Shown here one piece after another: positions 47,206 through 59,723 of a DNA stretch of 64,000 nucleotides. Made by a program: the position numbers and the translations under genes. Numbering within the stretch: the first letter of the stretch is position 1; every line of letters begins with the position of its first letter. The stretch comes from Bispira polyomma. Taxonomy: Eukaryota. The stretch is taken from the NCBI GenBank assembly GCA_965649765.1, contig OZ287750.1:7068001-7132000 (forward strand), in the 5' to 3' direction. The notes beneath the pieces are model-generated. The model worked only from the letters and a program-made list of their open reading frames with translations. It was not told where the DNA came from and made no database searches.

Positions 47206-48045
47206 TCACTTCTGCTGATCCTCTGTAGCACCAGGAGGGATGATGGTGAAGTTAAACGACACGTTGTTCAGCTCAGACATTAACTGGGTACCAGGAGTAG
47301 CATTCTGGCCAATAGAAAGCACTACTGGAGTTTCATTGCTCTCACCCGTAACCACACTAGAACTACAGCCAGCAACTGAACTTACAATCGACACATCGCC
47401 AGGGTCAACAACAGAAGCAGTGGAACGATTCGGTGAAGCAGTGTGGTGATAGTAATACTGCTGACCCTTCGGCGTGCAAAGCTGCCCAGTAGTGACTGTC
47501 AAATTCACGAAGTACGGTTTTAAGAGAATTTGCTGGTTCTGTTCCGCCTGGGCCTGGGCCAGTTCCGCCTGCTCCTTCTCTTTGTCCCTCAACGCCTTCG
47601 ACTTCCGTACGTACCTACTCATGAGTTGGAATGACTCATCTGTAAAGTCTGACCACAAGGAAGGGTGGACCTCCTTCGTACTGGTGGACATCCACAGTGC
47701 CCAGGAATCTTTTGGGCTGCTTTGGCTAGTCTTCTCCATGAGAACTTTTTCCAGTGACAGGAAGGCCTTGCAGGAAATGTCGTTACCCTCCTTAATGATC
47801 TGCGAGATAGAATCTCCGTCAGCAGTGTCAAAACTGCGCGACTTCTTAGAGCGCTTTGAAGGCATATAAGGTAGAGGCGAAGAAGTGGTTGTTCTAATCC
47901 CATCTTTAACGTCACCGGGTGTTGTTGGTGATGGTGGTTTCTCTGGTGATAACGCAGAATACGTGTCTTGGGAAAGGGAGGTGCCCTGACTTAAGGTGAT
48001 GTCTGGAAGAACGACTTCAGCGGCATTGACCGTACTGACCTTCAG
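47206..48045 (-). CDS. Last exon of a putative Harbinger accessory (ORF2) protein, 279 aa open; the upstream DNA-binding exon was not found
   Basis: The frame is open from acceptor TTTACAG|CTG at 48045 to TGA at 47206. It has a Ser/Thr/Pro-rich linker, a basic patch (PSKRSKKSR) and a helical motif (SWALWM...LWSDF.DESFQLM..Y). It is convergent with the transposase, as in two-ORF Harbingers. Identity is inferred from context. Confidence 0.55.
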   Translation of the reverse strand: MKVSTVNAAEVVLPDITLSQGTSLSQDTYSALSPEKPPSPTTPGDVKDGIRTTTSSPLPYMPSKRSKKSRSFDTADGDSISQIIKEGNDISCKAFLSLEKVLMEKTSQSSPKDSWALWMSTSTKEVHPSLWSDFTDESFQLMSRYVRKSKALRDKEKEQAELAQAQAEQNQQILLKPYFVNLTVTTGQLCTPKGQQYYYHHTASPNRSTASVVDPGDVSIVSSVAGCSSSVVTGESNETPVVLSIGQNATPGTQLMSELNNVSFNFTIIPPGATEDQQK

Positions 48046-48324
48046 CTGTAAATCAGATCAAAGAAGTGATTAGAACATATTAATCATTGGCATACATACA
48101 TACGTACATACATACATACATACATACATACAGACAATTATAGCTACATAGGGACATACCTAAATTGACACACACATATATATAAATAACTGCACAGGGA
48201 AATGGATACCTGAGGATATATACAGTGGCAGTCGAGAGATTCATACATGGGAAAATAAAGAAAATCATACATACATACGTACACACTGTATGTAACAAAA
48301 GGACCCACTTTTGTGTAACAAAAG

Positions 48325-51300
48325 GACCCTACTGTGACATGGTTGTAGGCCACAAAGGTATGCTTTCTAGGCTACGTAGACATAGTCTTAGGCTGCTGAA
48401 GCATGGTATTACGCTACTGAGAAATGATATTAAACTAGAGAGACATAGGCTATTGTGACATAGTATTCGACTACTGATACATGGCATTAGGCTACTGTCA
48501 CATGGTTTCAGGCCACCAAGACATTGACTTAGGTTTGTGTGTTATAGTCCTAGGCTATGACATGGTCGTAGACTACGGAGATGTGATTTAAGGCTATGTA
48601 AATATAGTTTTAGGCTAGTGTGGGATGGTGTCAGACTACTGATACATGGTACTAGGCAACTGTGACATAGTTTTAGGCGACAGTAACATGGTATTAGGCT
48701 GCTGAGGTATGGTTTTAGGCCACGTAGACATGGTCTTAGGCTAGTATAGCATGGTATCAGGCCACTGTGACATGTTTTTAGGCTCATGTGGTATGGTCTT
48801 AGGCTATTCTGACATGCTATTAGGCTACTGTGACATGGTCTTAGACTACTGAGAAAGGGTTTAGGCTGTGAAGATATAGTATTAGGCTAGTGTGGGATAC
48901 TGATGCATGATATAAGGCTACTGTGACAAGGTATTAGGCGACTGTAACATGGTCCAAGGCCACCTTGACATTGCTTTAGGTTACTGAAATATGATATTAG
49001 GCTACTGTGACATAGTCGTAGACTACGAAGATATGGTTTACGCTATGAAGATAGGGTATCAGGCTAGTTTGGCATGGTATCATGCTAATGATACATGGCA
49101 TTAGGCTACTGTTACATGGTGTCAGGCCATCGAGATATGGTTTCAGACTACTGACACATAATCTTAGGCCATAGAACATGGGTTACCAACATGATCTTCT
49201 GCTAGTGTGACACTGTCTTAGGTTACCGACACATAGAATAAGGCTACTGTGACATGGTTTTAGGCTACTGTGACATGGTATTACACTACTATGTCATGGT
49301 CTTAGGCTACTGATACATGGCATTAGGCTACTGTAACATGATACTAGGCTAGTGTGGTATGGTCCTAGGCTACTGTAATATGGTATTGGGCTCATGTGGT
49401 ATGGTCTTAGGCTGCTGAAGCATGATATTAGGCTACTGTGACATGGTCTTAGCCTACTGTGACATGGTATTAGGCTGTGACATGGCCTTTAAACTACCGT
49501 GACATGGCCTTAAGCTACTGTGACATGATCTTAATCTAGTGTGACATGGCAATAGGTTACTGAGACATAGTATTAGGCTACTGTGACATTACCTTAAGCA
49601 CATGGTATTAGGCTCACGTAGTATGGTCTAAAGCTAGTGTGACATGGTATCAGGCAACCGTGACATGGTCTTAGGCTTGTGTGGTATTGTCTTAGGCTAC
49701 TGCTATTGTATTAGGCTATAGGACATGGTCTTAGGCTACCATTATGATCTTATGCTAGTGTGACACCGTCTTAGGCTACTGACACATAGAATTTGGCTAT
49801 TGTAACATGGTCTTATCCTCATCAGACATTATATTAGGCTATTGTAACATTGCCTTAGGCTACTGTGACATGATACTAGGCTACTGATACATGGCATTAG
49901 GCTACTGTGGCATGGTATTATGCTAGTGTGGTTTGGTCTTAGGCTGCTGAGGCATGATATTAGGCTACTGTGACATGGTATCAGGCTATTGTGACATGGC
50001 CTTAAGCTACAGTGACATATGATCCTAATCTAGTGTCACATGGTCTAAGGCTACTATGGCATGCTATCAGGCTCCTGTGACATGGTCTTGGGCTACTGAC
50101 ATATGCTCTTAGGCTCGTATGGTATGGTATTAGGCTACTGTGACATGGTATTAGGCTATAGGACATGGTCACCAACATATTATGCCAGTGTGACACCATC
50201 TTAGGCAACCGAGACATAGAATTAGGCTACTGTGACATCCTCTTAGGCTACTGGGGCATGGTATTAGGCTACTGTGACATGGTAAGACACTACTATATCA
50301 TGGTCTTAGGTTACTGATACATGGTATTAGGCTACTAATACATGGAATTAGACTACTGCAACGTGGTAGTGGGCTAATGAGGTATGGTTTTAGGCTACGT
50401 AGACATAGTCTTAGGCTAGTGTGGCATGGTACCAGGCCAGCGTGACATGGTCTTAGGCTCATGTGGTATGGTCTTAGGCTACTGTGAAATGATATTAGGC
50501 TACTTTGGCATGGTATAAGGCTAGCGTGACATGGTCTTGGGCTAATGTAACATGGTCTTAGGCTGCTGAAGCATGATTCTAATCTTGTGTGACATGGTCT
50601 AAAGCTACTGTGGCATGCTATCAGGCTTCTGTGACATGGCCTTGGGCTACTGACATATGCTCTTAGGCTCGTATGGTATGGTCTTGGGTTACTGTGACAT
50701 GGTTTTGGACTATAGGACATTGTCTTAGGCTACCAACATGATATTATGCTAGTGTGACACCATCTTAGGCAACCGAGACATAGACTTAGGCTACTGTGAC
50801 ATATTGTTAGGCTACTGGGACAAGGTATTACGCTACTGTGACATGGTTAGACACTACTATATCATGGTCTTAAGTTACTGATACATGGTATTAGACTACT
50901 AATACATGGCATTAGGCTACTGTGACATAGCCTTAAACTATCGTGACATAGCCTTAAGCTACCGTGACATGATCTTAATCTAGTGTGACATGATAATAGG
51001 TTACTGAGGCATGGCCTTAAGCACATGGTATTAGGCTCATGTGGTATGGTCTTAGGCTAATGTGACATTGTATCAGGCAACCGTGACAGGGTCTTAGGCT
51101 TGTGTGGTATTGTCTTAGGCTACGTACACAGTTTTAGTCTAGTGTGGCATGGTATCACGCCAGCGTGACATTGTCTTAGGCTCGTGTAGTATGGTCTTAT
51201 ATTAGGCTATTACATATATTATATCAGGCTATTGTAACATGGCCTTAGGCTACTGTAACATGGCCTTAAGATACCGTGACATGGTATTACACTACTATGT

Positions 51301-52580
51301 CATGGCCTTAGGATACTGATACACGTTAGAAGGCTACTGTGACATGGTACTTGGCTACTGATACATGACATTAGGCTACTGTGGCATGGTATTAGGCTTG
51401 TGTGGTATGGTCTTAGTCTTAGGCCACTGTGATGTGGTGGCAGGCCACTGTGATGTGGTAGCAGGCCACTGTGACATGGTTTTAGGCTATAGGACATGGT
51501 CTTAGGTTACCAACATATTATACCAGTGTGACACCATCTTAGGCAACTGCGACATGGAATTAGGCTACTGTGACATCCTCTAAGGCTACTGGGGCATGGT
51601 CTTAGGTTACTGGGGCATGGTATCAGGCCACCGTGACATGGTCTTAGGTTCGTGTGGTATGGCCTTAGGCTACAATGACATGAAATTAGGCTATGGAGCA
51701 TGGTCTTAGGTTACCAACATGATCTTATGCTTGTGACACAATCTCAGGCTACCATGACATTGAATTAGGCTGCCTCGACATGCTCTTAGGCTGCTAGGGC
51801 ATGATATTAGGCTACTGTGACATGGTATCAGGCTACTGTGGCATGGCCTTAAGCTACCGTGACATGATCTTAATCTAGTGCGACATGGTCTTAGGCTACT
51901 GTGGCATAGCATCAGGCCACAGTGACATGGTATTAGAATACTAAGACATGGTATTAGGCTATTGTGGCATGGTACCAGAAAACTAAGATATGGTATCAGG
52001 CTACTGATATATGTTATCAGGCTACTGTGATGTGGTATCAGGCCACTGGTATCAGGCCACTGTGATGTGGTATCAGGCTACTGGGACATAATATCAGGCT
52101 ACTGAGACATGGTATTAGTCTACTGTGACATGGTATCAGGCTACTGTAATTATGGTCTTATGCTGCCGTGGCATGGTCTTAGGCTACTGTAACATGATCT
52201 AAGGCTGATGAGGCATGATATTAGGCAACTGTGACATGGTATCACGCTACTGTGACGTGGTATTAGGCTAACTGGACACCGTATCAGGCCACAGTGACAT
52301 GGTATAAGGCCACTATGATGTAGCATCAGTTCACTGATGCATGGTATCAGGCTACTGGGACATCGTGTCAGGCTACTGGGACATAGTATCAGGCTACTTT
52401 AATGTGGTATCTGGCCAATGTGGTATCAGACTGTTAGCTAAAATGACATTGTCTTAGGACACTGTGACATGATATTAGGTGACAGTTACATGGTATTAGG
52501 CCGCTGATGTAATTTCTTGGGATACTGTCACATGGCCTTATCCTAATCAGACATGGTCGATGTAGGAGACATGATCTTAC
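48325..52580. repeat. ~4.2-kb degenerate 21-bp minisatellite (TAGGCTACTGTGACATGGTAT), about 200 units, with higher-order blocks
   Basis: The unit is visible throughout and yields heptad SSLIPCH/SSLRPCH ORFs on the minus strand. Confidence 0.95.
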
Positions 52581-52639
52581 ATTTCTATGGATTAAAATAC
52601 TTCTGTTGTAAATATGCTTTATTTCTCTTGTAAAATATA

Positions 52640-52911
52640 TGCATGTAAACCCAAGAAACAAACAAAAATCTGTACAAAATATAAATTAGAAAACCAAATT
52701 CATCAATACAATAAGTTACAATAAGTGCAAAAAGTGTAAAAAGAAATATATACAATGCCAAACTTCATCCTAAAAATTTAAAAACCAAATACATGCATTT
52801 TTAAAATGTTAAGTAAACTAAAATGTAAACCCTGGAAACAAACAAAAATATGTACAAAATATGAATTAGAAAACCAAAAATTCATCAATATAATAAGTTA
52901 CAAAAAGTGCA

Positions 52912-52955
<44 letters not shown>

Positions 52956-52985
52956 CAAACTTCATCTTAACAAATACAAGTTTAC
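52640..52985. repeat. ~180-bp tandem duplication containing (TA)n
   Basis: GTAAACCC...AAACAAACAAAAAT...GTACAAAATAT...TTAGAAAACCAAA...ACAATGCCAAACTTCATC occurs twice. Confidence 0.85.
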
Positions 52986-54884
52986 AGAAAAAGATATCCA
53001 AAATAATTATAGCATGTACATTTGACAAAATATATAACATTTAGATATGTACTTGTTAACGTCACTGCCAAAGCCTATACAAAATACAATGACCAAGTAG
53101 AAACGAACAAGAGGAGAATGGCCTGGCAGCCATATCATGATAATGCCACTACAAAGCATGTTACTAACGAGTCCAAAAATAGTGACCAAGTCACTAGTTA
53201 GCGGTGAAAATTAACAAGGACACAGTCACTACATGGTTGGTCTTCAGTTGCCGATAATCCAAAAAATAGAAAGATCAGAGAATGCTGTTTAATTAATTTG
53301 TTTCTAAATCCCAAAATAAGAGATTTGCTAGCAGAACTGGTGTCCGTTAACAGGAAAAGTACGCCATCAGGACCTTTGACACTATATAACCAATCCTTTC
53401 CAAGTCCACATTTTAATTTTGACTCGTGACCGTGTTTATTTTTGTAGTAAAAAAGCTATACCTTTGCAAATGTGATTCTATATAATCCTTATAACAATGA
53501 AGATCATAGCTTCACATATTTTGGTATATTATTATATGGTGAATGTCATAGATATAAATAATTGTTTTGCAAAAGTTTAAATTTTTTTGGGATCGTTTGA
53601 AACACAGATTTCTCACGACAATAAAATACCAATGACTGCCACATACAATTAACAGTAAAATATGTATGCATAATATAAAGACTACTACCTCAGTCAATAT
53701 TTAATGAATTTTTATTCTGTAAAAAGGGTCAGAAAGTGTATTAATTTTTATTTCAAATCATGTAACTTTTGAAATTTTAACTTAAGTAATAAGAGGGAAA
53801 TCATAATATGATCAATGCATATTCATCTCCAAACTTTTAAGATTTTTACGATTTCTTCACAAAGCTAAACTAATAATCATAGGATCTGGAAACTGTTTGG
53901 ACTGTTCAGGTTAAATATTGATGAAGATAGAGCTATTCAATGCAGTAAAATATGAAGAAAACTACCGCCATATACCAGGATATTTTGGTGATACCAATTC
54001 ATCGGTTTCATTATGTCAGCTAACGTCATTTCATTGTCTGTCTTTCAAGGGCTGCGTTTTCGCTTCTGGGTTTAAAATGAATGACTATTCATTAGATTAA
54101 TGAGGCGAAACCCCAAATAGAAGCATATATATGTTTAATATTTGATTTTAATAAAAATATTTTATATTATTGGCACAGAAAACGTGAGCACATACTGCAA
54201 AGACAGCCACGTGAACATATCTACTCTTCATCCGGAACTGATTATACTGTCGTAAACAGGCTTGTGTCTAGACATAAGGCTATAAAATTCTGAGTTTTCG
54301 TGAGAATAAATTAGCAGCAGGATAGTGATCGGATGTTCGGCAGATCACTTGTTTTTACTCTGTACTCTACTTTCATTCAGAAATATATATAATGAAGACA
54401 TACACCCATCACACAAGATGCACAAAACAAAACATAAGACTAACCAACTAGTCATAACAAAGCAGTATACTTGGAAGACTCCAACTAACTGAAATAATCA
54501 GACAAATAACCAGTCTGACTTAACAACCAAATAGTCTCCTACGACCATCTCTTAATACAACAATGCAATCATGACTTAAAGACAGTTCTGTCCCCAAATT
54601 CAACATCTTCATATTACATATTTAATACACTATTTGTAAAAAATAAAAGTTTTAAAATTCAGAAAATAATTGCTTGGCCGTGCTATACAAGCTTTTCACA
54701 ATCTTCAGATGATTCTATCACAAAGTAGATCAACATAATAATCACATTATACATCCATAAATTGAACTTTTTGGAACACAAATACTTAAATTCAAGAATC
54801 TATGTATCACCCCTTGCTAACAAATCTCCACTCTATAAGTGGCCATAGTGAAGTTTTGTAACATTTTCAAGAAATAGGAAGTTT

Positions 54885-55076
54885 ACCATCTCCAACGAAA
54901 ACACTACTATAGTTGGAACCCGGGTCCTATGGCACATAGTCGCCTAGCAGTGAAGGTTCCCAGCTGCAGAGCTGAATTCCCTGGTAGCCCACACCAGGGG
55001 GTAGTTTACGGCTGGGAACCAGCACCACACGGACATAGGTTCAAACCCGTTAGTAGTGGCATGCGGGCTATCTAGG
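54885..55076 (+). other. Structured non-coding repeat element, copy 1 (rod-like fold with two candidate pseudoknots)
   Basis: Nested complementary segments (see findings); colinear homologue at 56935-57130. Confidence 0.6.
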
Positions 55077-56934
55077 TAGTATTTCCTTAGTTAATTTCTA
55101 AGCATAAATGTCACATGAATGTGAGTGTAACTTAGTTCACTCATGTCATAAACTGGCCCTAAATCTCTCTTAGTGACGACTTCAGAGTATATGTGGCAAC
55201 AATCGCCTAATAAAATTCTCAAAATTTCTTAACGCTGTAGTAAAGGGGAGGAGGTGAGAAAATGTACGTGTTAACAGTTCCAAAATGGGGGACCACACCT
55301 ATAAAGTAGGTTGTTTGGCAGATTTATTACTTTTATTTGCGATTCTACTGAGTGGAAACGTGTTTACTCCAGGAAAAAGGCTCATTCGATTGGGTAGATA
55401 CTAGAAACAAATAATTTTTGGTATCCCTGAATCAGAATGGTTTTGCATCAGTGGAATACCAACATACAAAAAGTGGTACCATCCCACCCCTGGCGAAAAG
55501 TAATGCATCCACAACTAATTGTGTAGAAAAGGAAAACATAGAAGCAATTATCAACTGTTTGTTTTAGATCTAGTAAACTTTTGAACTAAATTTGGGACAA
55601 TGTCTAGACTTAGCCCTTTTGTGAATACGGCACCAGCTCACAGAAATGTTAAACAAAATGTCAATATATAGCAAACATGTAACAAGAAGACAGTGACCTT
55701 GTGGTCACAAATCTCGGAGACATGTATCTATTTGTCAAACTGTCTACTTAAAAGTAAGCCAATATTATCTGTCTATTTGTCAACGTAAAAGTCAACAAAA
55801 GAAATATCTGTCTACCTAGAACAAAATGAGTAGAATCAATGATTTTGGTTGAAAGGTTCTGGTTATTGTATAGTCATGGGATACAATATTTTGGTCACAT
55901 TCAGTTGTCTTTATTAAAGCCAGTGGGTAAGTTTCAAGTTTAAGGCTGGTTTTAAAAGTGATAAGGCAAGGCAGTGATTTTATGGTTTGAGGTCTCTTTT
56001 TTTACTGTAGTTGTTAGTATAAAAGTATATATACAATTTAGGGTAAAATGTCAAAAGACAGATTTAAAAATAGATGAGATTTTTAAAAGCCCATCACAAC
56101 GTGTCATATTCTAACATGACACAACTGTGTCCACGTCCACGATTCTGATTGGCCTACAGCCTCGGTAAAAATACCCGTGTACACATAAACGGAAACAGAC
56201 CAATGACATCTGTGACATACTGGATGCCCCAAATGAATATAGTTCCTTCAATAACGCAATTATAAAGTAAAAAGAAGCTGGAACCAGGTAATAATTTTAA
56301 TTTGTCATATTATAATAGGAATAACCTATTCGAAAGCTTGGATCACAGTAATTTTTACCTTTGTGTTACTATGCCTCCAATCGTGGTAAAAATTACTGTA
56401 TACCGAGCTTTGTCATTGGTTATTCCTATGACAACAAACAGACAACTGAAACAACAGCAAAAAAGACTAGCCTATAACAAGCAGCGATTTGTATTTAAAT
56501 GCTGAGAATAATTAAAAAATAATGCTTATCAATTAAGCCATCACAATGTGTCATAAAACACAAAGAAACCCTAAAACTATAAAATACGTTCATATTATGC
56601 AGCGATTCAATACAACTGCTAACATATTAATGGAACACCAGTAATCTATTAAAGCCATGCTTAATCAGTAAGCGAAAGAATGCCCTCATGGCCAAAAGTA
56701 AGTACATTCATTCTAAGCAGTGATTCTATACTACTGCTAACATACTCATGCTAAGAAAATGTCAGTTATTTTAACAATGTTGCACCAGTAAGTAAAAGAA
56801 AGCTCCTATAGCCAAATAGGTACATTTATACTTTGCATCGATTTCATACACCTGCTGAAACTCTACAAGAACCCTTTATGGGTCCATAACGGACACATAC
56901 AAGCAAATTGTTGCACCAGATAACCTAAATACCC

Positions 56935-57130
56935 ACCATCTCCAACGAAATCCACCACCATGGTTAGAACCCAGGTCCTATGGCACCTAGTTGCCTAGCA
57001 GCAAAGGTTCCCAATTGCAGAGCTGAATTCGCCGGTAGCCCACACCAGGGGGTAGTTGCAAGCTGACAACCAGTACCACACGGACCAGGGTTCGGATCCA
57101 TTAGTGGTGGCATGCGAGCTATCTAGGCGA
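56935..57130 (+). other. Structured non-coding repeat element, copy 2
   Basis: Colinear with copy 1; followed by ~800 bp of hairpin-rich, GC-richer sequence. Confidence 0.6.
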
Positions 57131-58194
57131 GTACAGTGAGAGTGTAAATTTTGTTTATAACTACCATAAATGTGCCATAAGCTGATGTGTGGCATGTGTA
57201 CAAGCCAGTCATAAACTATACATACATATGTTTTGAAAATTACACAATAGTTGTGGAAAGGGAAGGTGGTTTGAAAAAGTATGCGTTTCCTTCACTGATC
57301 ATTATTCCAATATGGAGGGCCCTAACTTTTGGAGGGAAAATTGTTTACCAAGAAGCAACCTAATTGGTCAGTTTTGTGTAGATGGACAGATCGAATTATG
57401 GTCAGATCTGCTATCAGGGATTAAGGTTCTTAGCAACTTTAGTCTGTACAACTGAACTAGCAGACCCTTACTAGGTCGTGCTATGCCTAAAATTAGGTTC
57501 ATCATTTGATAATTGCTTATATCTAACAAACACCCAGAAACTAGACCTAGTGCATCGGAGAACCGATGCATATTTGCATCCACCAGAAAGACAAAGCACC
57601 CTAGGTAGCAAGCACCCTAGCTAGCATCCAAGGTAGGAGCCTATGATTTCCTATAGGGCATTTATGCTTAAGCCTTAAATCGCACAAGTGGGTTTCACAT
57701 TGCAAACATGTGGGAGATAGGCACTTTAAAGTTTGGCCTACCCGTTTGACCTTGCACGAGGGCGACCTTCCTGTTTCTAGAGGTCGGGGAATTAAGTTGG
57801 GGTACTTTTAAAAAATATTCAACATGTTGAATATCTTTGCCGACCTTCCCGACCACTCCGTTTTTGCCCCCGGACCAATATGGACACACCCTGGACCTCA
57901 AAATCAGGAAGCTCAGAGATCAAATCAGCATAGTGGAACCACCATTTTACCGATGGGTGGCAAAATATCTTCGTGTTTATTTTACCGACAATTGTTGTTA
58001 TAATAACCTCTTCGTTAATTATTATTATATCAATATCTTGTAAATGGGTACGTCATTTTAGTCTTTGCCGTTTAGCATCACCAATTTGTTTACTATTGTT
58101 TAAACTAGTTCTCTGTCAAAATATACTTTTACGGCATTGTTTAACCAGTCTCCAGTTCCATTACTAGCTTTTCTAAAGTGTAGGCAAGTGATTA

Positions 58195-59305
58195 AGTATA
58201 TGGGCCAACGTCATGACCTATGATTCAACATGTCATAGTGTACTCATACAAGTTATGATTCCTAAACAAAGAAGTTGGTGGAAGGAAAGACCAAGTGGCA
58301 AAACATATAATGAAAATAATGTAAAATATAGTTTGGGCAATTAATGCACTACTTTTAAAGATGTAACATAAATTGGTAATACTTTCTAGTAGAATTAGAG
58401 ACACATAATCTAAATTTTACAGCAGAGAATAAAAGGGGCTGACTCCCATTTTAAAATAATATATATATAACATTAAAATAACAGGGTTTAAAATAAATCA
58501 GGGCAGAGTGGGCGGGAATAAAAGCTGCACATTGGTAGAAATCTATCTATTTTAAACTGATTTGAAGTAACAAATTTATATGGAATTCTAGTGACCATGC
58601 GTCTGGCTCCCTAACCTCTGAGCTCAAATCATGTTGAACGTTCCTAAAAGGTGTAGAATCTACACACATTTTAATCAAAGCAGGCCACCCTAGTCTGAGT
58701 GATTTCTGTGTGAGTTATTTAACCCAGATATATCTATACGCCACACAAATGACCAGACAGTTCATGTCTTAATATATACCACATAAATGACCAGACAGTT
58801 CATCAAATGGTTATGTGCAATGAACTTTAGAATGTATTTCCATAGCAACATGGATACCATTTACAGTAGATTTACTACCAACTAACCTACAATAAATGAC
58901 CCTGCAAAAGCCATACTGTGTATATGATTTATGTACACATATCTAAACCAATGTATTAAAATTAATATACAATTAGTTTGAACCGTAAAAAACCCAGAGC
59001 TATTAATCACTACCTTGACTGAACCTGATTGTGACCACTCATGCCACAGTTTCGAGTTCCATTGCTAGCTGTACTATTAAGTGTCAGCAAGTGATGATGT
59101 ATAAGGCCAAGCATCATGACCTAAAGATGGAACTGGAAATGAAGCAAAGACCAAGTGGCAAAACATATAATTATTATAATGCAAAATATAGTTTGGACAA
59201 TTTATTCACTACTTTTAAACATCTAACATAAATTGTTAATACGTTCTATCAGAATTAGAGACACATAATCTTAATTTAACACAGAGAATAAAAAGGGGCG
59301 GACCC
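58195..59305. repeat. ~200-250-bp direct repeat pair (58195-58445 and 59098-59305)
   Basis: AAAGACCAAGTGGCAAAACATATAAT...AGAATTAGAGACACATAATCT...CAGAGAATAAAA occurs in both. Confidence 0.8.
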
Positions 59306-59723
59306 AAGTCTAACATAAATTATCTGTCCGCGAAAATGGAGCGTCCAAACCAAAGTCCACTCGTAAGCTGTTACGTCACAAAACATGTCTTGTCGTCTTG
59401 TTACGTCACACAGGATGCGTCCACGTCGAACTAAATATAATTGCGTCACTGTGTGACATTTTTACGTTGCCGTTGTCATCATAATAACACGGGACTTTTT
59501 AATGAAGGACCAATATAATAAACTGTTCAACAAGCATGTGTGTATGAAAGGTGATTTAGAAGAGTGGTATTCAAAATATAAATCCATTTATTTTTGTACC
59601 ACTAAGACGTCTAATGGTTTTGGGCCAGCATTATTTCACAAGTTTACTGGTGGTCATTTCAGTAAACATGTGTGATGTGAAAATTTCATTCAAGTGTTTT
59701 ATTTACATTTAAAGATAAATATC

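Noticed and set aside
48542-52661. Cys/His-rich ORFs as a metal-binding or keratin-associated protein gene
   Set aside because: These are by-products of a 21-bp minisatellite, with frequent stops, frame changes and no exon structure.
54885-57130. The two structured repeats as LTRs of one retrotransposon
   Set aside because: No TG...CA ends, TSD, primer-binding site or internal ORFs, and the sequence between them contains unrelated repeats.
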